Position numbers and translations under genes: made by a program. A DNA stretch of 64,000 nt from a virus. How positions within the stretch are numbered: the stretch's first letter is position 1; every line of letters starts with the position of its first letter. Location: positions 1 through 64,000 of IMG/VR virus record IMGVR_UViG_3300031963_008656; one strand, given 5' to 3'. Below are positions 56,219-64,000 of this stretch, piece by piece. The notes under the pieces are model-generated. The model was not told the origin of the DNA, did not search any database, and saw only the letters and a list, made by a program, of their open reading frames with translations.

Positions 56219-59200
56219 TTATTTATTGCGTTTGGCTCGAGCCCGTCCAGCCTTCATGTTGGCCATCCAGTGTGCCAATTGTCCTTTGCGACCGCCTTGT
56301 TTGGCCACTTTACGCAGGGTGCTTACTGATGCTTTGGTGGGCACGCCGTGTCGCTTTGAATCGCCTTTGTCTTGGGGATTCCGACCGTCAGCAAAGTTTT
56401 CACCTACGTTGTATGTGGGATCAGTTTTTTGACGCTTGATGCCAGCAGGTTGATTGGGATCTACAGGATCAATGTCAGTGGTGGTTAACCCTAGTTTTTC
56501 CAACTGCTTGATGTATTCATGTTCAAGATCTTCGTCGCCAAAACTCACAATAGTACTGGGTGGTCCTTTGCCAAAATCGTCAGTGTTATCTCTGTCTAAG
56601 TTAGCAATGTTCTTGCCCAACTTGTACCAGTCATACATGTCTGACACATCCACTCGCACAGTGCCCGCTGGCATTGTGGGTCGGCTTTCAGGACCAGGAG
56701 GATCAAAGTTTCCGTAGCGATCCTTGCCTTCGGCTACACCTTCTGTCATGATTGGCACAACTTCAAAGCCTTCGCCTGACACTCCCCGACCATTGTTTCG
56801 CAACCATTGAGCCGCTACACGGTTAGCATCGCCTTGATTGTTGCCCACGCCTGAAAATCTATGAACTTCTTCACCATTGACCAACACCTTCCATGCACCA
56901 GAGAATGTGCCTGGCGTGGCTCGCTGTTGTGCCAAGGCTGCTGTGCTTCCAGGGTAGACCACCTCTATATCTGGTTCAATGTCAATGATACCACCCGATG
57001 CTGCATCTGCAGGCCGATCCCATTGTTCAGTATCCACCACCATGTAGTCAGCAGCAACCACATTGTTTCTAGCAGCCCAGGCTTGGAGAACATATCTGCC
57101 TTGTGCCTGTTCCGCTGGATTGCCCATGTTAAATCTAAACTGATAGTCAGGTGCTGGGCCAGTAAAACTGCCATACAGGCCTGGATCCGAGCGTAGCACA
57201 ATGGCATAGCGACCGTTGGGGTCATTGGGGCGGCCACCACCTTGAGAACCTGGCGGTGCAGTAAAGGCACTAGCTGTGTCGTCGTCTTGTGTAGATTGTG
57301 CATCCAAATTATACGGACGCACAGGTTCAGCCACAATAGATTGTCGTGTGTTGGCCCAAGACGGATAGCCATCATCCCCCAAGGCTTTTTCAATGGCTTC
57401 TTCTCGAGAGGTGGCAACAACTTCTACACTGGCATAACTATTGCCAGGATTGGAAACGTTCCACCACATCTTTTCACCGCTTGTTTTATTACGCTCCGTC
57501 TTGCGTTGTAGTTGTGCTTGCTTGACAAAACTACGCAAGGCAGCCTTGGGAATCTTGCCAGCCACATAGTCAGCAAAGTATCGGATTGTGTCTGACCCTT
57601 TTTGATCCTGAGTCAACAGTTTGTATAGTTTCTTTTGATACTCTTCTCGATAGGCTTCAGGGTTAAGTGCTGCACTCATGGCCACTGTGAAACGCAACAG
57701 AGTGTTTTCAATCTTGTCAAAGTTGTCATCCAGCCAGTCACCACCCGGCGAACGGAATTCAATGTGTCCGCTCTTGGTGTTGATTGATGTGTACTTGTCT
57801 GTGCTGCCTGAATGGATGGCCTTGGAAGCCAGTTCACCCATTTGACCTTTCATCTTGTCCAGCAAACGCTGTGCGTCTTCGGGGTTGGACCGCACACGAT
57901 CACGCACCTTGCCTAGTGCTGATTTGGTGTAGGTATTGGAACTGCGACCAAATTGTTTGAGCACATACTCGTCGCCCAACAGCAAGGCCAGTTTTACATA
58001 GTCCAAACGATCTAAACTGTAGTCAGGCACTGATATGTTGATGTGCAGGCCAGTCGAACTGTTGGTATAAACGCCCATGCGTCCAGCCCAGGCCTTCACG
58101 GCATTTAAATCTTTCAGCAGTTCATCTATGGGCATGGGCGGGCTCACAAACTCCAAGCCTTCGTCGCCGTCATTGTCGCCTTCCAAACTGGCGTCTGGTT
58201 CTACTACATAGAATTGATTGTTGGGTCCAGGTCTGTCGCCGGACTGATGATATCTTGTGTTCACTCGCACTTCACGACCCACAGCCTGACTGAATTCGTC
58301 AGCCACTTGATCTGCGTCAATCTCGCCGCTGTTCATGCTAGTCCAGTAGGGCCAATTCATTCCATACATTTGCTCAACCTCACTCATTCTGTCAAGGTCT
58401 GTGGCGTCTAACCAGTCGCTTTCGTCATAATTTTCTTGGAATTCTTCCCGCCATTCATCAAAGGCTTCATTGTAGTAAGTACTCGAAGGATCAGCGTCTA
58501 CATTGGCTGCAAATTCATCAAATGCTTCGTTTCGTTCATCACCAGTTAACTCGTTAGGATTCCATTCATCTTCATTTACATTATTCCGAAGCCAGTCACG
58601 AATGTAATCTTGGCTTTCACCGCCCCAGTCATCGCGAAGTTTTTCATCCAGCCATTCCTGGAAATCGTCCTGCATTCTTTCACGCAGGCGTTCAACATCT
58701 CTACGGCCGTTGTAGTCGCCATCATGAAAGAATCGCACAGCATCATCAATGCTAACACAGCGTTCATCCTGATCATAGTCTGGTTCCATTTCAGGATCTT
58801 CGGATTCCATACCAGGCACAATCATTTCAAATTCCATGCCAGCAATGGCACCTGTTTTGGCAGCTTCCCTGCGCAAATTTTTGCTGCCCATGTTTATTTC
58901 AAACAGGTCTTGTTCTTCAAACAGTTCAAATTCTTGTGCTAGACTTTCTGCTAACTTTACCTTGCCATCTGCTCGCAACAGTTGTGGATGGCCTTGCGAA
59001 TCAGTGGCCAGTCGCATCTTGTTGGCTTCTGTGCCAGTTTGTCCTGGATGCACATCCACACTCAGTGCCATTTCAAATCGAGGATCGTTGCGTTCGGCCC
59101 AGGTGGGAATGTATCCAGATGACTCACGAATGTCTTCATGGTCAAACAGTTCTGGGTGTGCATCAGCAAAGTCTCGCATGATAATGCCAGCCACAGCGTT

Positions 59201-60388
59201 TGCTTCGTTCTCCACAGGAGAGCCTGTGTTGCCAGATGTGTGATCCAATTGTTCTAATTCCTGTTGGCGGCAGTGTGCCAGTTCGTGTGCCACAGTGCGA
59301 AGAATATCCATCACATGTCGATCGCGCAGATTCACATGCAAAACATGCAGCTCTGGTTGGTACATGCCAAATGAACGATTTTGTTCACTCCATCCGTCAT
59401 TGTCATGTAGTACAATTTCAGGCATGCGTTCAATGCCCAAGCGTTCAGCAGTGTCTTGAATAAACTGTTGCACCATGCTCTCAGTGTCATCTTCATTCAA
59501 GAACATTTGTGTGCTGGCAGCAACACCATCTTCTGAACTGTAGGGTTGTCCTTGATGGCCTTCGCGCATGCTTTCGCCACCACCACCGTCACCACCTTCG
59601 CCTGATTCTCCTCCGTAGCCAAATCCAGGAGACCAATAGCTGCCAAATCCATAACGCACTCGGGATTTCTTTTTTCGGCGTTCTTGTAGACTCAGCTCGT
59701 GATCTTGTGCGGCTGTTCTAGCTGTGCGCAAATCCTTGATGCAACCTTTGTTACGCAGGATTTTGAACACAATGTTTTCACACCCAAACTCGCCGTGAGC
59801 ATCCAAGCCACTTTGGCGCATGGCCTTGATCTTGTCCCACAGTCTGCTCATGGATTCAGCGTTGCCAGATTCAATTGCTGAATGTATTCTAGCATCCAAA
59901 TCTTCGACCTTGGCTCGCACACAGGTGTCGTCAATTCTGGCACGTTTTCTGCGTGGCACTTGAATCCATTCGTCACGTGGGATAGAATACTCACCTTGAC
60001 TCACAGGAGACTCGGCTGCATTTTGCACATACAGTTCCACAGGCACGCCGCCGATGCTCAACTTGTGTTCATCGTTATATTGGTATTTTTTGGCATTGAA
60101 CAGTTCCTGATAAACTTCGTCGTCAGCAGGAAACTCCACCACAAGGTGTAGATCAATGTCGGAATATGGGGTATAGCTGTAGGCAGCATTACTGCCTGAG
60201 ATGGTTATGTCACGGACGTCAAGGTCACCTACGCCAAGAAATTCGCGAAAATTGTCAGCAATGGCCAACAGCTTTTCGCGTACTTCGGGTAACAATTGCT
60301 CGTCCCTGCCCCAGATTTTAGGGTTGAGACGATTGTGAAACTTTACAGCATCACTCAGCTTGAAGGAATCCAGTTCGTTGATGTTCAT
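56219..60388 (-). CDS. giant multi-domain polyvalent-type protein (N-terminal pol-beta nucleotidyltransferase plus zincin HExxH metallopeptidase-like domain)
   Basis: 1389 aa. ISGSNAAYSYTPYSDIDLHLVV ([GS]x9-13DxD nucleotidyltransferase). Gly-rich linker. HELAHCRQQ HExxH motif. Long C-terminal region with a basic tail. Confidence 0.6.
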   Translation of the reverse strand: MNINELDSFKLSDAVKFHNRLNPKIWGRDEQLLPEVREKLLAIADNFREFLGVGDLDVRDITISGSNAAYSYTPYSDIDLHLVVEFPADDEVYQELFNAKKYQYNDEHKLSIGGVPVELYVQNAAESPVSQGEYSIPRDEWIQVPRRKRARIDDTCVRAKVEDLDARIHSAIESGNAESMSRLWDKIKAMRQSGLDAHGEFGCENIVFKILRNKGCIKDLRTARTAAQDHELSLQERRKKKSRVRYGFGSYWSPGFGYGGESGEGGDGGGGESMREGHQGQPYSSEDGVAASTQMFLNEDDTESMVQQFIQDTAERLGIERMPEIVLHDNDGWSEQNRSFGMYQPELHVLHVNLRDRHVMDILRTVAHELAHCRQQELEQLDHTSGNTGSPVENEANAVAGIIMRDFADAHPELFDHEDIRESSGYIPTWAERNDPRFEMALSVDVHPGQTGTEANKMRLATDSQGHPQLLRADGKVKLAESLAQEFELFEEQDLFEINMGSKNLRREAAKTGAIAGMEFEMIVPGMESEDPEMEPDYDQDERCVSIDDAVRFFHDGDYNGRRDVERLRERMQDDFQEWLDEKLRDDWGGESQDYIRDWLRNNVNEDEWNPNELTGDERNEAFDEFAANVDADPSSTYYNEAFDEWREEFQENYDESDWLDATDLDRMSEVEQMYGMNWPYWTSMNSGEIDADQVADEFSQAVGREVRVNTRYHQSGDRPGPNNQFYVVEPDASLEGDNDGDEGLEFVSPPMPIDELLKDLNAVKAWAGRMGVYTNSSTGLHINISVPDYSLDRLDYVKLALLLGDEYVLKQFGRSSNTYTKSALGKVRDRVRSNPEDAQRLLDKMKGQMGELASKAIHSGSTDKYTSINTKSGHIEFRSPGGDWLDDNFDKIENTLLRFTVAMSAALNPEAYREEYQKKLYKLLTQDQKGSDTIRYFADYVAGKIPKAALRSFVKQAQLQRKTERNKTSGEKMWWNVSNPGNSYASVEVVATSREEAIEKALGDDGYPSWANTRQSIVAEPVRPYNLDAQSTQDDDTASAFTAPPGSQGGGRPNDPNGRYAIVLRSDPGLYGSFTGPAPDYQFRFNMGNPAEQAQGRYVLQAWAARNNVVAADYMVVDTEQWDRPADAASGGIIDIEPDIEVVYPGSTAALAQQRATPGTFSGAWKVLVNGEEVHRFSGVGNNQGDANRVAAQWLRNNGRGVSGEGFEVVPIMTEGVAEGKDRYGNFDPPGPESRPTMPAGTVRVDVSDMYDWYKLGKNIANLDRDNTDDFGKGPPSTIVSFGDEDLEHEYIKQLEKLGLTTTDIDPVDPNQPAGIKRQKTDPTYNVGENFADGRNPQDKGDSKRHGVPTKASVSTLRKVAKQGGRKGQLAHWMANMKAGRARAKRNK

Positions 60389-60405
60389 ACGAACTGTATT
60401 TACCG

Positions 60406-61266
60406 TTACTTGGCTGTAGCTGGTTCTTCCACGGGCACAACATCCACAGGGGTGCTGGATGCCATGATTTCAGGCTCAGTTATATCAACTGGTTGCTTGG
60501 CTGCATCATGTGCATTGGCAATCTTAGGAGCAGCAATAGCATGCAAGTCTTGGTACAACTTGTCCTGTGTTTGCGCATCAAACACATAGGTGCCCACGTG
60601 TTTCAACAACACACGTTTGTCGATATACACTTTGCCGCCTAGATCACGCCAGTTTTCGCAGAATGTCCAGTCTTCTGAATAGTAGCGGTTTTCACGCACA
60701 GCAGTGTCAAAGTAGGTTTTCATGTACTTGTCCAGCGCAGGATCTAGACCAATGTCATTGTTGAAATGACGCACAGCAGGGTGTGCATTCAGTTTGTCAA
60801 ACACATCTTTCTTGATCAACAAGAATCCTGTGCCAGTCTTGGTAACTTCTACCAAGTTGTCCACGCCTTCTTCTTGACCTGGAATGCCATTCACACACCA
60901 TTTAACTGGCAGTGATTTCATGGGATACAATCCACCAATCACATCCACTTGGCGATTTAGCAACACCAACAAATGCCAGGGTTCCCAGCCAATGTCCGCG
61001 TCAATAAACATCAAGTGTGTTGAACCTTCTGTATTCAAAAACTTTGCAGTCAGAGTGTTTCTAGCACGACTAATCAAACTTTCATTAGTCATGGTTTCTA
61101 CAGTCCAATCAATGCCTAGTTGTCGGCAGGTATTGCCCCATTTGATAAAACTCATGAATGTTGCTTCTGTCAGCTGGCCCCCATAACAGGGCATACAGAT
61201 GTGAACACGAGTGGTTTTTAGATATTCAAGGTCGACTTGAATTTGAACTTGTTGTGGCTCTGCCAT
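60406..61266 (-). CDS. putative GT-A-like glycosyltransferase
   Basis: VHICMPCYGGQ (GT2-like N-terminus) and LMFIDADIGW DxD. Confidence 0.45.
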   Translation of the reverse strand: MAEPQQVQIQVDLEYLKTTRVHICMPCYGGQLTEATFMSFIKWGNTCRQLGIDWTVETMTNESLISRARNTLTAKFLNTEGSTHLMFIDADIGWEPWHLLVLLNRQVDVIGGLYPMKSLPVKWCVNGIPGQEEGVDNLVEVTKTGTGFLLIKKDVFDKLNAHPAVRHFNNDIGLDPALDKYMKTYFDTAVRENRYYSEDWTFCENWRDLGGKVYIDKRVLLKHVGTYVFDAQTQDKLYQDLHAIAAPKIANAHDAAKQPVDITEPEIMASSTPVDVVPVEEPATAK

Positions 61267-61322
61267 TTAGATCTCCGTAAAAAAGTGTAGTATTTACGGA
61301 TTATACAGCCAAGGCAAAATTT

Positions 61323-62039
61323 TTACGACCTAGACTCTTCCATGTAGTCAATAACGGGCTGATTTTCTCTAGCTTGATAGCCTGCCTTCATGCCACCCAC
61401 ACTCAGTTGATTCTCGCTGGTAAATGTCGCGGCCCAGCCTTGATTCTCAGCCACAGTACCAATGGCAGTGTCCAACAGTTTGACAACATTAGCAGCCAAT
61501 TTGGGATTCTTTTGTGTTGCTGGATACAAGCTCATCACAAGAGCTGTTTTGCGTTTTTCGTTTAGTGTGGGCCATGCGCCACGAATCTCTGTGGCCGACG
61601 TCATGCCTGGACCAAACTCCACTGTGGGTAGGTAGGCCATGTAGGCATGTTTTGCAAATGGCTCTAATCGCTTTGCACCTATCAGTGGTTGCAAGTATGC
61701 AGGATTGCCATCTTTCTTTATGCCGCCTGCTTGTGGAGGTTTGTTGGCGTCTTTATCAGAACGCACAAAAATTAATGTGTCTGTAGCAGGGTTAAATTGC
61801 GCAGTAATTTCTTCAGCACGAAACGGTGATTTGACCTGCACAAAATGTCCAGCATCTACTCCAGCCAGCTTGGCCAACTTTTCTTTTACTGCAAATGGAA
61901 ATGGTCTAGCTGAGGTATCGTTTGTGGCCGCAACAAAAACTTCAGCATCAGGGAATGCCCGTTGTGCGGATTGATAAAGTGCTAGGTGCCCTGCATGGAA
62001 AGGATGAAATCCCCCGGGCATGATTACTACAGTGCTCAT
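61323..62039 (-). CDS. nucleotidyltransferase of the NMN/NaMN adenylyltransferase (cytidylyltransferase-like) family
   Basis: MPGGFHPFHAGHLAL matches GG.F.P.H.GH. Confidence 0.6.
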   Translation of the reverse strand: MSTVVIMPGGFHPFHAGHLALYQSAQRAFPDAEVFVAATNDTSARPFPFAVKEKLAKLAGVDAGHFVQVKSPFRAEEITAQFNPATDTLIFVRSDKDANKPPQAGGIKKDGNPAYLQPLIGAKRLEPFAKHAYMAYLPTVEFGPGMTSATEIRGAWPTLNEKRKTALVMSLYPATQKNPKLAANVVKLLDTAIGTVAENQGWAATFTSENQLSVGGMKAGYQARENQPVIDYMEESRS

Positions 62040-62055
62040 ACACTGTATTTAGTGC

Positions 62056-62496
62056 TTACATGTGTTCCAGCAACCACAGATAAAATGGTGTGGTAAATTC
62101 AAGTGTTATTGAGCCGTTACAGCCCATGGCTCCATAGAACTTGTCTTTTATGGGATCTTGTGTGCCATTGAAATCGTGTGCATAATCTGCTGTTTCATTC
62201 AACAACTGAGTGATATCAACTCCGTCAATTGACACAGTATCAATGGTCAACATGGCATCAGCAGTGATATTGCCCTGATCATCAACTTGTGTGTGTTCTG
62301 TAGTTTTGCCTGACATCACCAGTTGTAGTTTTTGTTCAGTGTCATCTGTATCTGGAATGTCAAATGTTACCTGACAGTTATCAGTCACATGATCTAACTT
62401 AAAAACACTTTGGCCATTTAGTAAAGCTTCAAAACTCAGTGGTGCAGCGGACGAGGTGGTGCCTAACGTACACTGAAATTTAACAACTTCTGACAT
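62056..62496 (-). CDS. hypothetical protein
   Basis: 146-aa ORF. Confidence 0.45.
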   Translation of the reverse strand: MSEVVKFQCTLGTTSSAAPLSFEALLNGQSVFKLDHVTDNCQVTFDIPDTDDTEQKLQLVMSGKTTEHTQVDDQGNITADAMLTIDTVSIDGVDITQLLNETADYAHDFNGTQDPIKDKFYGAMGCNGSITLEFTTPFYLWLLEHM

Positions 62497-62504
62497 GGAT
62501 TTCC

Positions 62505-62867
62505 TTAGTAAGTGGCGGTGACAGAATTTATAGTGCCACCAGAAAAGTTTTCAATTCTGCAACGCAGCCACACAAAATTACCAGTTATTGTTGCAGGATG
62601 GTAATCAGTTATTGGTATAGTAGACCCATCATCAAAAATAAATGTGTTAAACCAAGTGGCTGATTCTGGTAGTGTATCCAGCGTGGCGTCAAGATAAATG
62701 GTACCTTCAAAATTTTCAACACTAAAAGTCACAGTTTGCAAGCCGCCACGGCCGCGATAATAACTGGCTGCTGGCACAGCGTCTGATGCCCAGTCTTGAC
62801 TTGACCCGTCGTAGTTGCCCGAAGGTTCTCCGTAAACTGTGGTGCCAAGAATGATTTCAGTGGTCAT
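62505..62867 (-). CDS. hypothetical protein
   Basis: 120-aa ORF. Confidence 0.45.
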   Translation of the reverse strand: MTTEIILGTTVYGEPSGNYDGSSQDWASDAVPAASYYRGRGGLQTVTFSVENFEGTIYLDATLDTLPESATWFNTFIFDDGSTIPITDYHPATITGNFVWLRCRIENFSGGTINSVTATY

Positions 62868-63041
62868 TATGCGCGATCAGCTTCCACAACAACACCGCTG
62901 CCGGCTAGTTCTTCTGCAACTGATTGCAGGGCTGCCACAATGTCATCAGTGGCAATTGCTTCTGCTGTTGCATCGTCTTTGACCAATTTTGATAGTTTGA
63001 TCACAACTATTTCTTCATGTATTTTTGCCATAGTGTGTTAT

Positions 63042-63737
63042 TTATTGTTTTTTCACTATGGGCAGAGTTTTCCTAACCATGCCCGGGCATACCATACTCA
63101 GCATGGTTTCATATTGTAGGCTATTGTGCTCGATGTAGTAATAGCTTTCAGTAACATCATTGCGCCACCAATACACCCGTGTTGGCCTAATTTCAATATC
63201 TAAAAATTCTCGCAAACTCTTGCTGGCTGCAACGTCATTGCCCTGGGTGGTTATCCATGCAGCCAGTCGAGACTTTTGTGTTTTGCCAAGTGATCGCCCA
63301 CGGAAATAAGTGCGGTATTGATACTGTGGATTTTTTAATAAAATTGTATCAGGTGGCAAATTGAGTTCTGCTCGTTTGAGATCTACAGACTCAATCCAAT
63401 CGCATGCCATCAATCGACCATGCAAGCCAAGATTGTTTGTGTACACTGTGAGATAATTGTTGAAAAACACCATTTTCTTTGGGGGAGTTTCTGCTGCCAA
63501 CAGTGCTCGCATGCCTTCTAAATTGTCACAACAGCGTGTGGTAAATTTGCTTATAAATTTTTCGCCATAGCGTTGGTAATGAGAATTTCTACTAGCTTCG
63601 TACTCCATTCTCACGCGAATGTGTGACTGCATTTTCTTTTGATCAAGACTGCGAATACACCCAATTTCGTCCTGCTGCCAGGTCATGGCATATTCATATG
63701 CGTTGTAGTACAACGAACTACGCGATTCACTTCTCAT
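63042..63737 (-). CDS. hypothetical protein
   Basis: 231-aa ORF. Confidence 0.45.
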   Translation of the reverse strand: MRSESRSSLYYNAYEYAMTWQQDEIGCIRSLDQKKMQSHIRVRMEYEASRNSHYQRYGEKFISKFTTRCCDNLEGMRALLAAETPPKKMVFFNNYLTVYTNNLGLHGRLMACDWIESVDLKRAELNLPPDTILLKNPQYQYRTYFRGRSLGKTQKSRLAAWITTQGNDVAASKSLREFLDIEIRPTRVYWWRNDVTESYYYIEHNSLQYETMLSMVCPGMVRKTLPIVKKQ

Positions 63738-64000
63738 TGTCCACCACTATAATTCCATCAACATTTACACTTGCAATCACTTCCACAGGTGCGTCCGCTT
63801 GAACATCAAACACAATTTTGTCCGCCACAACATCCGCAGTGATAGTACAATCACGCAAGCGATCAAACAGGATCTTCTTGCTCAACGGCACACGAATCAG
63901 TTCATCAATCTTCCTCGAGAGTGGTCGCGCACCCAGCTTCGAATCATAGCCCTTGTCAGCAAGCAGGTCAACTGCGCCTTCGGATAAGTTGAGACGTATA
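63727..64000 (-). CDS. Clp/Hsp100-family AAA+ ATPase, C-terminal domain (partial, continues beyond window)
   Basis: Hand translation of the minus strand: ...GYDSKLGARPLSRKIDELIRVPLSKKILFDRL... matches the ClpA/B/X C-terminal GARPL(R/K)R.I motif. The ORF runs off the window edge. Confidence 0.5.
   Translation of the reverse strand, partial: IRLNLSEGAVDLLADKGYDSKLGARPLSRKIDELIRVPLSKKILFDRLRDCTITADVVADKIVFDVQADAPVEVIASVNVDGIIVVDNEK

Noticed and set aside
1-64000. Integrase, attP site or prophage boundaries associated with the tRNA genes
   Set aside because: No tyrosine or serine recombinase motifs in any ORF. The tRNAs are complete and promoter-driven with encoded CCA, as in lytic-phage tRNA clusters, rather than 3' fragments.

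Overview
The window reads as a gene-dense region of a large double-stranded DNA bacteriophage. It is not host chromosome: nearly all genes sit on the minus strand with short overlaps of the ATGA/TAATG type, and near-consensus sigma70 promoters (TTGACx-17-TATAAT/TATACT) recur. Replication and nucleotide genes are present: a T4-gp43-like family B DNA polymerase (YGDTDS motif), a 5'-3' exonuclease/flap endonuclease, MazG, NMNAT-like and cytidylyltransferase-like enzymes, and a P-loop kinase. Two minus-strand tRNA clusters sit at 604-1151 and 3832-4091: Glu-TTC, Asp-GTC, Leu-TAA, Arg-TCT, Met-CAT, plus two atypical tRNA-like genes. Highly structured non-coding RNA regions flank the first cluster, and dedicated promoters and a bidirectional terminator serve it. 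The most distinctive content has three parts. (1) A dispersed 7-deazaguanine DNA-modification gene set: a DpdA/TGT-like transglycosylase (DSGGFQ), FolE, QueD, QueE and a YhhQ-type transporter, with no recognisable QueC but an asparagine-synthase-like amidotransferase. (2) These genes are interleaved with an unusually large glycan- and small-molecule-tailoring repertoire: GalE-like epimerase, DegT-like aminotransferase, sulfotransferase-like, FkbM and other methyltransferases, a PIG-L deacetylase, SGNH/GDSL hydrolases, two further radical SAM enzymes (one B12-binding), four GT-A-like proteins and a four-member paralog family sharing an LGFDxF-D(I/L)V-SYD motif. (3) Host-like accessory genes: an outer-membrane porin with its own promoter and terminator, a delta-9-type fatty acid desaturase, an SPFH lipoprotein, a Dps-like ferritin and Rmf-like motifs. 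There is also a 1389-aa multi-domain (nucleotidyltransferase plus HExxH) polyvalent-type protein, and the partial C-terminus of a Clp-family ATPase at the window edge. I found no CRISPR array, integrase, reverse transcriptase or rRNA. All assignments rest on motif recognition by eye in the ORF translations and on manual RNA folding, so homology calls should be treated as hypotheses.
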